Shown: positions 9,679 through 19,535 of the stretch, one piece after another
Numbering within the stretch: the first letter of the stretch is position 1
Layout: each line of letters opens with the position of its first letter
Notes under the pieces: generated by a model
Told to the model about the DNA's origin: nothing
Databases searched by the model: none
Seen by the model: only the letters and a program-made list of their open reading frames with translations
Virus record (IMG/VR): IMGVR_UViG_3300032401_000690
Location: 1 to 64,000 of that record
Origin: a virus
Length of the DNA stretch: 64,000 bases
Direction: 5' to 3' (one strand)
Position numbers and translations under genes: made by a program

Positions 9679-10359
9679 ATGAGAAAAATTATATTTAATG
9701 AGGAACAAATAAAAGATATGATATCATTATATGTTAATAATATTTGGGGAACTAGACAGATTGGTGAAAAGTATTCAGTTTCTGAAAAAACAATTAATAG
9801 AGTATTAAAAGAAAATGAAGTTAAGATGGATACTCCTGGTAGACGATATTTTGGAGGGAAAAAAACATCTGATAAAAAATATTACGAATCCAATAAAGAA
9901 AAAATATCAGAATACTATTCTGATTGGAGAGAAGATAAGAAAGAATACTTAAAAGAATATCAAAAAAAATGGAGAGAAGAAAATCGTGATAAATTACGAA
10001 AAATAAAACGAGATTACGAAAGAAATCGTAAAGCGAGAGACCCCCTTTATAAATTAATTAGTAATTTCAGGACTGCAATTTACACCGTATTAAAAGAAAG
10101 TAATGTGGAAAAAAACAAACATTACTTTGACATACTACAATACACACCTGAACAATTAATAACACATTTAGAATTACAATTCAAGGACACAATGAACTGG
10201 GATAATTATGGTGAATGGCATGTCGACCATAAGTTACCTATAACATCATTTGATATACAGGAGATGGGAGATAAAGAATTTATGTCTTGTTGGTCCTTAG
10301 ATAACCTTCAACCAATGTGGGGTATTGAGAATATACGTAAATCAAATAAAACAGAATAG
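9679..10359 (+). CDS. HNH-type homing endonuclease with N-terminal HTH
   Basis: WHVDHKLP...CWSLDNLQPMWGIENIRKSNK; the ATG at 9679 is more plausible than the TTG at 9622, which lies inside the terminator. Confidence 0.8.
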   Translation: MRKIIFNEEQIKDMISLYVNNIWGTRQIGEKYSVSEKTINRVLKENEVKMDTPGRRYFGGKKTSDKKYYESNKEKISEYYSDWREDKKEYLKEYQKKWREENRDKLRKIKRDYERNRKARDPLYKLISNFRTAIYTVLKESNVEKNKHYFDILQYTPEQLITHLELQFKDTMNWDNYGEWHVDHKLPITSFDIQEMGDKEFMSCWSLDNLQPMWGIENIRKSNKTE

Positions 10360-10362
10360 GGG

Positions 10363-10391
10363 AAAGGAGACAAGAAATTGTCTCTTTTTTT
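10363..10391 (+). terminator. Rho-independent terminator, near-copy of 9607-9635
   Basis: gagacaa-gaaa-ttgtctc hairpin plus T run. Confidence 0.8.
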
Positions 10392-10487
10392 ATGTTTGCT
10401 AATTTATAATACCAATATACACAAACAATTTAATTAACGATTGACAATAAATAATTTCATAGGTATTTATTAATAAAATGACCACTT

Positions 10488-12932
10488 ATGAAAAATTCAC
10501 TATTTATTTTATTCATTATACTAACAAGTTTTTTTGTTAAATCACAAGTTAGTTCCTACACATTTGGAACGTCAACAGGAACCTATACACCAATAGTTGG
10601 GGGTAGTAATTACGATAACTTTACAAGTTGGTCAAACACAAACTTTTTAGACGATAATAATTCAACCGCATTAGAATCTATAGGATTTAACTTTGTTTAT
10701 AATGGAACAACCTATACACAATTTGCGGTTAACACTAATGGATTTATAACATTAGGATCATTACCAACCAATAGTTATCTTCCACTATCAACAGGAACGT
10801 CAAATAATGTTATATCGGCAATGGGTAATGATATAATAGGTCGTGGTTCATTATTGGCAAATAGAACTTCAGGTAGTGCGGTAATTACAATAACTGGTGG
10901 TGATATATCTTTAATATCAGTTGGTGATAAAGTAAGTGGTACAGGTATTCCTGCAGGTGCTACGGTACTATCTAAAACCGCAACTACTGTGACAATTTCT
11001 GCAAATGCAACAAGTGCAGGTACCGGATTTCATTTTAGATTTAGTAGGTCAACCTTCGGTATTAGATTTCAAACAATAGGTACATCCCCTAATAGAACTT
11101 TAGTTGTACAATGGACGGGGTGGCAAAGATATACCACAACAGGTGGTTTTGGTGAATTATATAACTTTCAGATAAGATTAAATGAGACCACAAATACAAT
11201 CAACGTGGTCTATAATATACAAGGACCAACAAGTACTACCTCAACAACATTTCAGGTAGGTTTAAGAGGAAGTACGAACACTGATTTTAATAATAGATTA
11301 ACAACAACAAATTGGTCATCAACAACCGCAGGGACATTAAACAGTTCAACTGTGACACTTTCAAGTACAGTTAAACCAACTTCAGGATTAACATATACTT
11401 GGACTCCCCCATCTTGTACCGCCCCATCATCATTATTGGTGACTTACACATCACCAACATCCGCCAACTTATCTTGGGCGGCATCACCATCATTACCAAC
11501 AAATGGATATGAATGGGAAATTAGAACTTCAGGTTTAGGGGGAAGTGGAGCAACGGGATTAGTTGCTAGTGGTAGTGTTGGTGCTGGTGTTACATCTTCT
11601 TCTACCTCATCACTAACTCAAAATACCACATATATATTATATGTTAGAAGTAATTGTGGAGGATTATATAGTTCTTGGAACGCATCTGCAAGTTCAACAT
11701 CACCAGTACCAGCACCCTCAAATGATAACTGTTCAAATGCAACATCACTTCCTTGTGGGACATCAGGACTTGCGGGAACAACTGTTGGTTCTGTTTCAGA
11801 AACCGCACCTTTAGGATATTCATCACCTTACGGTGTATGGTATAGTTTTGTTGGTGATGGTCAAAATACAACTATTACTTCAGTTGCAGGAACAGGATTT
11901 GATCACGAAATGGTTATTATGAGTGGAACCATATGTGGTGCAACATATACGTTAGTGACTGACCAAGATGTTGGTTTTTCAGGTGGTACTGAAACTTATA
12001 CGTTCACAACAGTAAACGGTACTCAGTATTATGTGTATATAGCTTATTATAGTACCACAGGTTTGTCAACTAATACAGGAACCTTTACAATGACAAGAAC
12101 CTGTGTCGCACCACCAACACCACCAGTTAACGATAATCCGTCAGGTGCAATATCAATAACCCTTAATACTGGAACATATTCAACATACACAAACGTAAAT
12201 GCAACATCAACATCAGAAGCAACACCAAGTTGTGCTAGTTATACGGGTGAAGACGTTTGGTTTAGTGTTGTTGTCCCATCAAATGGTATTGTGGAGATAG
12301 ATTTGATACAGGGGGTTATTACTGATGGTGGTATGTCAGTATATACAGGTTCTATTGGTTCTTTAACTCAAGTTGCTTGTGATGATGATAATAGCGTTAA
12401 TGGTTTAATGCCTTACTTATATTTAACAGGATTACCTGTGGGTCAAACAATATATATTAGAGTTTGGGAATATGGTGGAGGAACCACAGGAACTTTTGGT
12501 ATCCTTGCAAATTCACCTATTGGATTACCTGTAGAGTTATTATATTTTGAAGGTTATGGTTATCCATCTTACAACAATTTAAAGTGGTCAACCGCATCGG
12601 AACATAACTCAGATTACTTTTTACTTGAAAGAAGTGTCGACGGTGAACAATGGAATTACGTAGGCACTACAAAGGCAATGGGTAATAGTACTCAAGTAGT
12701 TAATTACTTATATGTGGATAATTTTAGATTTAATGGGTTTATTTATTATAGATTAACACAAGTTGATTATGATGGTAATTTTAAACAGTATGGTCCAATA
12801 TCAATTGATAATAGAATAACAAAAAACATTGTTAAGTGTTTTAATTTAATGGGTCAAGAAGTTAATGAATATGAAAGGGGATTAATTATCCTACAATATG
12901 AGGATGGGACAGTAGAAAAGGTGATTAGATAA
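10488..12932 (+). CDS. Secreted Bacteroidota-type surface protein (signal peptide, FN3, two PxNDxC/P beta-sandwich modules, LPVELLYF linker, T9SS-like C-terminal domain)
   Basis: MKNSLFILFIILTSFFVKSQ signal peptide; YVRSNC FN3 end; PSNDNCSNA and PVNDNPSGA; LPVELLYF..WSTASEHNSDYF.LERS.DG..YYRLTQVDYDG; C-term FNLMGQEV...GLIIL...K. Confidence 0.8.
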   Translation: MKNSLFILFIILTSFFVKSQVSSYTFGTSTGTYTPIVGGSNYDNFTSWSNTNFLDDNNSTALESIGFNFVYNGTTYTQFAVNTNGFITLGSLPTNSYLPLSTGTSNNVISAMGNDIIGRGSLLANRTSGSAVITITGGDISLISVGDKVSGTGIPAGATVLSKTATTVTISANATSAGTGFHFRFSRSTFGIRFQTIGTSPNRTLVVQWTGWQRYTTTGGFGELYNFQIRLNETTNTINVVYNIQGPTSTTSTTFQVGLRGSTNTDFNNRLTTTNWSSTTAGTLNSSTVTLSSTVKPTSGLTYTWTPPSCTAPSSLLVTYTSPTSANLSWAASPSLPTNGYEWEIRTSGLGGSGATGLVASGSVGAGVTSSSTSSLTQNTTYILYVRSNCGGLYSSWNASASSTSPVPAPSNDNCSNATSLPCGTSGLAGTTVGSVSETAPLGYSSPYGVWYSFVGDGQNTTITSVAGTGFDHEMVIMSGTICGATYTLVTDQDVGFSGGTETYTFTTVNGTQYYVYIAYYSTTGLSTNTGTFTMTRTCVAPPTPPVNDNPSGAISITLNTGTYSTYTNVNATSTSEATPSCASYTGEDVWFSVVVPSNGIVEIDLIQGVITDGGMSVYTGSIGSLTQVACDDDNSVNGLMPYLYLTGLPVGQTIYIRVWEYGGGTTGTFGILANSPIGLPVELLYFEGYGYPSYNNLKWSTASEHNSDYFLLERSVDGEQWNYVGTTKAMGNSTQVVNYLYVDNFRFNGFIYYRLTQVDYDGNFKQYGPISIDNRITKNIVKCFNLMGQEVNEYERGLIILQYEDGTVEKVIR

Positions 12933-12944
12933 TCACCTTTTTTT
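12916..12944. terminator. Bidirectional terminator between convergent genes
   Basis: aaaaggtgatta-ga-taatcacctttt inverted repeat. Confidence 0.75.
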
Positions 12945-13164
12945 ATTTAGATAAAACTCTAATTGATTTTGATATAATTTCTGATTCACCTATACTAAAG
13001 GCACCTCTCTTATGTGCTGATTTTACCGCTTCCACCAAATAATATATTGAGTGTTCTTTATCCATTGTTGATAATAGTAGATCTAAATGATCTTCTGTTA
13101 ATAAATTAATTGTTCCGAATAGGTTACCGAATAACTCTTCTTTTTTTTCTTCTTCCATTTCCAA
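12943..13164 (-). CDS. Hypothetical protein
   Basis: 73-aa ORF. Confidence 0.6.
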   Translation of the reverse strand: MEMEEEKKEELFGNLFGTINLLTEDHLDLLLSTMDKEHSIYYLVEAVKSAHKRGAFSIGESEIISKSIRVLSK

Positions 13165-13202
13165 AATATTTGATATTTATAATAGTAAGTAATTATTGGA
13201 TA

Positions 13203-13892
13203 ATGTTAAAGGATATCATAAAAAAAGTATTAAGGGAAGCAACTTCTGAATCGGGAAGTAGGGGGTCATATATCGCACCACTACAACCGGGTATTAGAAT
13301 CTTCAAGAAGAACGAAATGGGACCGTTTACAATACCCGTTTCCAAATATGATAGTCCTATGTTAGAATTTGATAGTTATGACGGGAAAATGGACGAAACA
13401 AAGAAACAAATCAAGAAGATAGAATCTAAGGCTAAGAAAGTTTCCAATTATATTAAAAATCATCCAGAATCAACTAATAGTGATGATGATGGTAACAGTA
13501 TTAATCAAACTCCTGGTAAAAATTTAAAGATAGTTCCAATCAAAGAAGATTTGGGGGTTTGGTTTGGTAAAAAGAAATCACCTAAAGGATCTTCACAACC
13601 CCAAGGACCGTGGGTTAATATTTGTCGTAAAAACGAAGGTGGTGGACATCCCCCTTGTGGTAGACCTGATGCTGACCCAAAAGGTTATCCTAAGTGTAGA
13701 GCAAAGAGTGTTGCATCTAAAATGAGTGATAATCAAAAAAGAAATGCGTGTTCTCAAAAAAGAAATGCAGAAAAGAAGGATACTCAAACGGGTAAGGGAC
13801 AAAAACCTGTTATGACATCATATAAAACAAAAAAAGAATCAATTGATTCCTTGATTGGTAAGATTATATCAGAGATTAGAAATTTTATCTAA
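13203..13892 (+). CDS. Hypothetical protein, probable internal head protein with Cys-containing basic domain
   Basis: Likely ATG 13203 (MLKDIIKKVLREA) after TATTTATA at 13174; WVNIC..PCGR..YPKC..AC domain. Confidence 0.6.
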   Translation: MLKDIIKKVLREATSESGSRGSYIAPLQPGIRIFKKNEMGPFTIPVSKYDSPMLEFDSYDGKMDETKKQIKKIESKAKKVSNYIKNHPESTNSDDDGNSINQTPGKNLKIVPIKEDLGVWFGKKKSPKGSSQPQGPWVNICRKNEGGGHPPCGRPDADPKGYPKCRAKSVASKMSDNQKRNACSQKRNAEKKDTQTGKGQKPVMTSYKTKKESIDSLIGKIISEIRNFI

Positions 13893-14291
13893 CACATCGG
13901 TCAAGGAGTTTTTGATCTGGGAGTTTACCTGAGTTTCCATATCAATTCTACGTTTGTCGGTTTCTTTATCAAATATAAAATTTAATCTTGTCCAATCTCT
14001 ATCGCTTAATTTTACGTTATAGTGGTATACGTGGTTTGTGATATCAACTCTACGATCAGAAAATGTAATGAAAATATCTAATTCATCATTTTTTAAATAT
14101 TTTTTATCTGATAGGGGAGCAATCATAAAATCTGTGGATTTATGATTAATAATTTTTAAACAAATTTTAAAACAAGTTTTTTCATAAGAAGAAACATCTT
14201 CTTTATATGATGGTATAATATTGTTTCTTTGTGTCCACAAAAAAAACTTCATTTTTAATCTTTTAAAAAACCTTATAATTCTTATTCTCAT
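13869..14291 (-). CDS. Hypothetical protein
   Basis: 140-aa ORF; upstream TTGTCT-N17-TATCAT on the minus strand (14310-14338). Confidence 0.6.
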   Translation of the reverse strand: MRIRIIRFFKRLKMKFFLWTQRNNIIPSYKEDVSSYEKTCFKICLKIINHKSTDFMIAPLSDKKYLKNDELDIFITFSDRRVDITNHVYHYNVKLSDRDWTRLNFIFDKETDKRRIDMETQVNSQIKNSLTDVLDKISNL

Positions 14292-14341
14292 TTTTACTTA
14301 TTTATGTGAATGATAAGTAAGTTTTTTTAATAAGACAAATG

Positions 14342-14833
14342 TTAAATTAATAGATTATGCTTTAAAACATCAATAAAATCTAACCAAGTATCCAAATCAT
14401 TTTCATTTCTACCAATATTTGCGGAATAACAACACAACACAACATTATCTTTAGTATATCCTTTATTTCCATCTAGTCTATCTAATGAAGGTTGTTGTGG
14501 GTGTTTAGATCTATTAGATGGTATTAAAGGGACTTTAAACCAATAACATAAACCATTTTGATTATCAAACATTTCATTAACGTCTCCTATCGTTAAAGTA
14601 TGTTCTATTTTTCTGTGTTTAGAATCATGTAGTAGCGTGTTTTGCCATAACCTAACTCTTCTTTCTTTTTGTTTTAGTCCTTCTTTTTTTCTTTGTTCAG
14701 GGTCTAATCTTTTTTTTCTTTTATAATCTCTGGTTTTTTTTAAAACACACTCTTTACATCTGTGACCTCTTTGGTTTTCATAAAAATCAGTTTCTAATTT
14801 TATTTCACCACATTTACTACATTGTTTATCCAT
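14342..14833 (-). CDS. HNH/endonuclease VII-like homing endonuclease with N-terminal zinc ribbon
   Basis: CSKC...CKEC; SLDRLDGNKGYTKDNVVLCC..AN motif; ATG at 14833 preferred. Confidence 0.75.
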   Translation of the reverse strand: MDKQCSKCGEIKLETDFYENQRGHRCKECVLKKTRDYKRKKRLDPEQRKKEGLKQKERRVRLWQNTLLHDSKHRKIEHTLTIGDVNEMFDNQNGLCYWFKVPLIPSNRSKHPQQPSLDRLDGNKGYTKDNVVLCCYSANIGRNENDLDTWLDFIDVLKHNLLI

Positions 14834-14882
14834 ATTATTAAATATACGGATAAACAAAATAAATTAAAAAAAAAGAATATTT

Positions 14883-15347
14883 CTATTCTTTTTTCCATTT
14901 ACCCCCTTTTGAATTATATCTTTTAACTGCGGCACCATTACAATAGGCACTAGGACATACGTCATATTTTGTTTTAGCCCAAGATAATGATTGTTGCCAT
15001 AAATCTTTATTAGTTGCAACATTTTTATTTTTTTTACCTTCCATCATGACCATATCTTTATCATCAATATTCATAGGCATTTCACCACTTTCGGTTTCAT
15101 TCATTAAGAAATCAAATACTTGATCCATATTGTTTTTTGCTTCAGAGATATGATCTTGAGCCCAATCGTGACCGTTCTCTAAAATTTCCTCAACCATAGA
15201 ATGATCCATATCTAACAACATTTCACATTGTCTTTTCATTTGTTCAAGATTAGAGAAGAACATATATCTACTAGACTCTTGTTCATTAATAACTCGTTTA
15301 ATGATTCTACTTAAATCTGATTCGTTTAATTTAATTACTCTTTCCAT
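14883..15347 (-). CDS. Hypothetical protein, probable internal head protein
   Basis: N-terminal KLNESDLSRIIKRVINE helix; C-terminal KYDVCPSAYCNG...KGGKW module. Confidence 0.65.
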   Translation of the reverse strand: MERVIKLNESDLSRIIKRVINEQESSRYMFFSNLEQMKRQCEMLLDMDHSMVEEILENGHDWAQDHISEAKNNMDQVFDFLMNETESGEMPMNIDDKDMVMMEGKKNKNVATNKDLWQQSLSWAKTKYDVCPSAYCNGAAVKRYNSKGGKWKKE

Positions 15348-15350
15348 CTT

Positions 15351-15740
15351 TTAATTATTTAATCCGTTAGGACCACCTAATGCGATCATATTTAATTGTG
15401 TAACTTGTGTTCCATAACCATCTGTCCATTCAGGGTGTGGTGGTATAAAGGTTGTTACTGTTGTTCCTGAAACATCACACGTTTCTTGACAAATAGTTAC
15501 TTCTGTTCCCGCACTTCTTGGTGGTTCAACACAACTTGTACAACCTGTGTATTCTACACTCAAAGAATCTATTGTGTCGATTGTAGATTCTTCACTTTCA
15601 GAATCAACTAAAAAACATCCAGGATTTGTTGTTCCGGTGAATGTTATATAATATGTTGAACCTGTGTTAGCAGTAAATGATCCCGAATCAACAACAATTT
15701 GTCCCGTACCATCACAAGGTGTTAATAATATAATTGCCAT
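15351..15740 (-). CDS. Small Cys-rich putative virion protein
   Basis: One CxxC repeat unit plus a C-terminal tail shared with the neighbouring gene. Confidence 0.65.
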   Translation of the reverse strand: MAIILLTPCDGTGQIVVDSGSFTANTGSTYYITFTGTTNPGCFLVDSESEESTIDTIDSLSVEYTGCTSCVEPPRSAGTEVTICQETCDVSGTTVTTFIPPHPEWTDGYGTQVTQLNMIALGGPNGLNN

Positions 15741-15771
15741 AATAAGTTTTTTTTATTTATAAATATCTCGT

Positions 15772-18048
15772 TTAATTATTTAATCCGTCTGGACCACCCA
15801 AAGTTATCATATTTAATTGTGTTACTGAGGTTCCGTATCCGTCCGTCCATATTGGATGGGGTGGTGAAACTTGTGTTACCGTTGTTCCACTTGGACCGCA
15901 AACTTCCATACAAAATAATGTTTCAGGTCCGGAATTTCTTGGGAACCTAGTGTTATCGTTATAACATTCAATACAGTTATAGTAAAATGTTAGTGGGGTT
16001 ATTTCCCTAAATGATCGGTCAATCTCTAATGGGCAAGAATTAATTAATCTATAACATTTTCCATAATGTTCTAAATTAAAAACATTTTGTGGTGTTTCAT
16101 AGTATCCTGTTAGTGTATACCAATCTTGTAATGTAACACTAACATATTCTTGGTTTGACCCATCACATTCAGAAATTGATACACCAATTCGTGTGTTTAA
16201 AGAACAATCCTCACAAGTATCGTAAGGTGAAGTATCTAAACTATTCCACACTTCATAAGTACCCATATATGTTTCATATGGTGTGTCTAAATAAAAACAT
16301 TGGAAGTCAGATGTCCCATATTTTACTTTAACATAATCTCCAGTGGTAAAACCATTTGATGTTGTTATTATCCCGTAATTTCCAGAATCACAATTATATC
16401 CTAACCATACAAAGTTATCCGTCGTAAGACATTGTTCACAGTTTAGTGATGAATTAAAACTATATATATAATTATAACCGGTGCCTTCAGAATAATCTGT
16501 AATCTCAACACAATCATCCACCCAAGGATTATAAAGTGTTGTCCCAATTGAGTTATTCACATATTGATAAGATGTAAATATTCCTGTGTTTGTTACCTCT
16601 GTGACCGTAATCGTAATATCGTCAATCCCACTTATTCCACCAAATGAACTACCATCTATGATTATAGTGTCATCAACACCATATCTAACACCATATTGTA
16701 CTGTTACTGTTGAGGTAAATGCTGATGAGGAATCAAAAACAACATAAAATGATGCACCGTAACCATCATTATCGGTTACTCCAGTGAAAGGACCGTAGGT
16801 TCCTTCAACGATTCCACTTCCGGAATATGATGGAGTAATTGAAACAATTGGACCCGTATTGGTACAACTTGAATACGCATAATTGACCCCAAAACACTGA
16901 ATACAAGATTGGCAATCTGGTTGTGGATCAAAATTTAGAAATGAATTTAATGTTACCGCGGAAGTGGTTAAATCACCAATTAAAAAACAACCATCATCTC
17001 CCGATAAATTTGATGATGAACCATATTCAAGTAATGTGGATGCCCATACAACCTCATCGGAATTTGTTAAACAATTTGTTATGATTTTTTTATCGGCAAC
17101 TTGATCTACACAATCCTCACATTGTTGTGGGTCAAGATATTCACCTAAGTCGGCAATAAAGGTAACGTCAGGTGTGGTTGACTCTATTGCGGTGACAATC
17201 CCACAAAACTGTTGATTAAGAAAAGTATCAAAATATGTTATTAAATGGTTTACATAATTATCATTTGGTAATGAAACATATACAATATCACCACTAATAC
17301 AAGATGAAACAGAATATATAAACGGATTATCTGCATAACAGGTAGCACAATCCGTTTGTTCCGATTGGTTAATTAAAACTGAAATATCTCTTGGTATATT
17401 ATTACCAAAATCGGAAACATAAAAACAACCATTAATTGGTTTTTCAAAATAAGTAAAATCAATATAAAATGTATCTCCGGTTGTTGTACCTGACGGTAAA
17501 TCTCCAATATTAAATGGGTAAAGATCTCCTGGAAGATCACAACTAGTTAGATATAGTATATTACTATTATTAATTAAACATTCAGTACAAGATAATTCTG
17601 AAATTGGAGTTTCATTTAAAATTGAAAATTCTTGTGGGGGTGTAAAACTAAAATCAACAATATAATAACAACCGATTAATGGTCTACCATTCCCCGTAAA
17701 ATTCATATAAAACGTATCTCCCGTTGTTATTCCCGATGTAAAATCACTAACATTAAAAGTGTATAGTCCTTGAGAACCATCACAATTTGATAGAGTAACA
17801 TAAGGAGAATTATTAGATATACAATCAATACAATCGGTATATGGTCCGGTAAATGTTGCAACTGACCCAGAAGGATCTGGTACTGGTTTACTATCAACAG
17901 TAAAACAATTTGATCCTATTCTTGGGTCATTAAAAACAAAGAAATATGTTTCACCAGAGGTTATTGCCGATAATGGGTCGTCAACAACAATCTGTATAGG
18001 TGGTTTACCATCACATCTTACAATATTAATTTTTACATTATTTGCCAT
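15772..18048 (-). CDS. Large Cys-rich repeat putative virion protein
   Basis: Repeated units ending in CxxC (CIDC, CTEC, CATC, CEDC, CQSC, CEQC, CEDC, CIEC). Confidence 0.7.
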   Translation of the reverse strand: MANNVKINIVRCDGKPPIQIVVDDPLSAITSGETYFFVFNDPRIGSNCFTVDSKPVPDPSGSVATFTGPYTDCIDCISNNSPYVTLSNCDGSQGLYTFNVSDFTSGITTGDTFYMNFTGNGRPLIGCYYIVDFSFTPPQEFSILNETPISELSCTECLINNSNILYLTSCDLPGDLYPFNIGDLPSGTTTGDTFYIDFTYFEKPINGCFYVSDFGNNIPRDISVLINQSEQTDCATCYADNPFIYSVSSCISGDIVYVSLPNDNYVNHLITYFDTFLNQQFCGIVTAIESTTPDVTFIADLGEYLDPQQCEDCVDQVADKKIITNCLTNSDEVVWASTLLEYGSSSNLSGDDGCFLIGDLTTSAVTLNSFLNFDPQPDCQSCIQCFGVNYAYSSCTNTGPIVSITPSYSGSGIVEGTYGPFTGVTDNDGYGASFYVVFDSSSAFTSTVTVQYGVRYGVDDTIIIDGSSFGGISGIDDITITVTEVTNTGIFTSYQYVNNSIGTTLYNPWVDDCVEITDYSEGTGYNYIYSFNSSLNCEQCLTTDNFVWLGYNCDSGNYGIITTSNGFTTGDYVKVKYGTSDFQCFYLDTPYETYMGTYEVWNSLDTSPYDTCEDCSLNTRIGVSISECDGSNQEYVSVTLQDWYTLTGYYETPQNVFNLEHYGKCYRLINSCPLEIDRSFREITPLTFYYNCIECYNDNTRFPRNSGPETLFCMEVCGPSGTTVTQVSPPHPIWTDGYGTSVTQLNMITLGGPDGLNN

Positions 18049-19514
18049 TATTTTTTATTTACGATTTGAAATTTTATTTGTCTCTTATAAGTATTTATTT
18101 CCCCACTTGAAACCACCTTTAAATCAATATAATATTCGTTAGGTATTTTATCTCTAGTATCAAATATGAAATAATATTCATTAGATGAACGGTTAATCTT
18201 AGTCCAATCTTGAACTTGAACTTCCGTTTGACCTTCTCGTACATACACTCTATAGAAGGCATCCACATTAGGTTGTAATTGATTTGTGGTATACGCCTTT
18301 TTAATAACAACACCAATTTTTCTAACATCCGTATTTAAAATTTTCTCATCTTGTTTTACACCATAAAAATCAAAACCATAGATTGATGGTTCTTGAGATG
18401 TAATACCAATTTGGATTGATTTCTTTAATGGATAAATAACAAATTCATTCTCAACGTTCGGTAATGAAAAACCATTCAACACAATACCACTCCAAGTATC
18501 TGTAAACATACACGGAGTATGATATCCCCCAGGAGGAAATGCGGGTATGGTAATTTCATAAACACCTTTAGTTCTTCTACAAGAAGTTAAACCCGTTAAT
18601 CCAAATATTGGATCCCCGTTTTGGTCGCTAATTGTTACCGTTGGGTTATTGTCTAAATTTTGGAAGTCACCATCTTCATAGATATATAAATACAATTTAT
18701 TAACTTTACCTAAAGAGAAACTATTTCTATCATCCTCAATTAAGTCATTATAATTTGTTTCTAAAAATGGTTCATAAAATGTTTGTGTATGACGAGTAAA
18801 GAACCCAACTTCATATGTTCCTGTTGTTCCCGTTAAGTTTTCAACTTGAGGTAAGTATGCAATACCCCAACCAGAGACATCTAAACCAAATTGTAATATA
18901 TTATTAATTTCTGAGGTCATATCAAATTCAACATTTTCATCACCAAATTCAAAATGTTGTGTTGCAACAATTGTTAATGCAGAAAATGGATATAACCCTA
19001 AATTGTTGTTATTATAAATTCCTGGTTGTCCCCAATTTTGAATGGTTGTTGTTGCCGACCAATTTGACGGTCTATCAGAATAATTCTTATCCGTTGGGAT
19101 TTGTGTTGCAAGATCAGCAAAATCATAACCAACTCCTTCATCCCAATATTGTTTTGTATAAGGGTCCACTTCTAAATTTGGTATTCTAAATAATATAAGA
19201 TCAAATGATGTTGCCCTTAATCTACCCGATGAGGTTGATGTATTTAACAAATCTCTATCAAAGAAAGATGTGTTGGTCATCCTTAAGGTGTGGGTCATCC
19301 CATTATTACAAGTGATTTCGGCAATGGTGCCTCCAGTATATTTTTCTCGTAATAAATTAAGATCTAAGTCAAAGATAAAACGACTAAACCCAATAGGGTT
19401 TGCAATACCACCATTACCATAAAATAGTTCAGTCACAGGGTTTTGTCCTGTGTTTGTAAAACTATTGGATATGATAGTATTATTCTTACTAAAATATGAA
19501 TTGTTGATTGACAT
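18048..19514 (-). CDS. Putative virion structural protein
   Basis: 488-aa beta-rich ORF between baseplate hub and Cys-rich genes; upstream late-type motif. Confidence 0.6.
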   Translation of the reverse strand: MSINNSYFSKNNTIISNSFTNTGQNPVTELFYGNGGIANPIGFSRFIFDLDLNLLREKYTGGTIAEITCNNGMTHTLRMTNTSFFDRDLLNTSTSSGRLRATSFDLILFRIPNLEVDPYTKQYWDEGVGYDFADLATQIPTDKNYSDRPSNWSATTTIQNWGQPGIYNNNNLGLYPFSALTIVATQHFEFGDENVEFDMTSEINNILQFGLDVSGWGIAYLPQVENLTGTTGTYEVGFFTRHTQTFYEPFLETNYNDLIEDDRNSFSLGKVNKLYLYIYEDGDFQNLDNNPTVTISDQNGDPIFGLTGLTSCRRTKGVYEITIPAFPPGGYHTPCMFTDTWSGIVLNGFSLPNVENEFVIYPLKKSIQIGITSQEPSIYGFDFYGVKQDEKILNTDVRKIGVVIKKAYTTNQLQPNVDAFYRVYVREGQTEVQVQDWTKINRSSNEYYFIFDTRDKIPNEYYIDLKVVSSGEINTYKRQIKFQIVNKK

Positions 19515-19535
19515 TTACAGTTTTTACTATAAATA

